From Octopus sinensis (taxonomy: Eukaryota): DNA of 64,000 bases. Every line of letters starts with the position of its first letter. Within the stretch, counting starts at the first letter, position 1. The position numbers were made by a program, and so were the translations under genes. Location of the stretch: the NCBI RefSeq assembly GCF_006345805.1, contig NC_042998.1, positions 109,244,001 through 109,308,000 on the forward strand, given 5' to 3'. Under the pieces are notes generated by a model. It had not been told where the DNA came from. It did no database searches and worked only from the letters and a program-made list of their open reading frames with translations. This document shows positions 63,861-64,000 of the stretch, in pieces.

Positions 63861-64000
63861 CATTAAGGTATAAATACATGGGTGTGTGTATGTGTGAGAC
63901 AGTAGCTTCAAAGTTTCAGCTTACTTGTTGTCATCAGACATCACATAAAAACGAATAATAATATGTGTGTGTGTGTGTTTTGTGAAGCAGTGTCAAGTTT

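Overview
An AT-rich, microsatellite-dense eukaryotic window, most likely from an octopus/cephalopod genome (judged by eye from the SINE families and repeat style). No intact protein-coding gene is supported. Almost all ORFs in the track are translated microsatellites or decayed transposon fragments. The window is a mosaic of tRNA-derived SINEs (at least 3-4 families), R4/Dong-like RLE non-LTR fragments sitting in (TAA)n tracts, RTE-clade LINE fragments, a Naiad-type Penelope GIY-YIG remnant, Tc1/mariner-superfamily relics (mariner, Tigger/pogo, DD37D/maT, Tc1), a hAT MITE and Helitron-like pieces. The most notable signal is four sequence-unrelated type I hammerhead ribozyme motifs: 16484-16536(-), 31567-31602(-), 33071-33113(-) and 58668-58711(+). 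One has a stem III long enough to fold as a monomer, one has a covarying U3-A8 core, one has an A6U core, and one sits in the loop of a near-perfect 105-bp inverted repeat inside a (TA)n tract. There is also a ~1 kb palindrome, a tandem-plus-inverted tRNA-like unit and a weak HDV-like ribozyme candidate at an RTE 5' end. All calls were made by eye without database searches; element boundaries are approximate unless exact termini are quoted.
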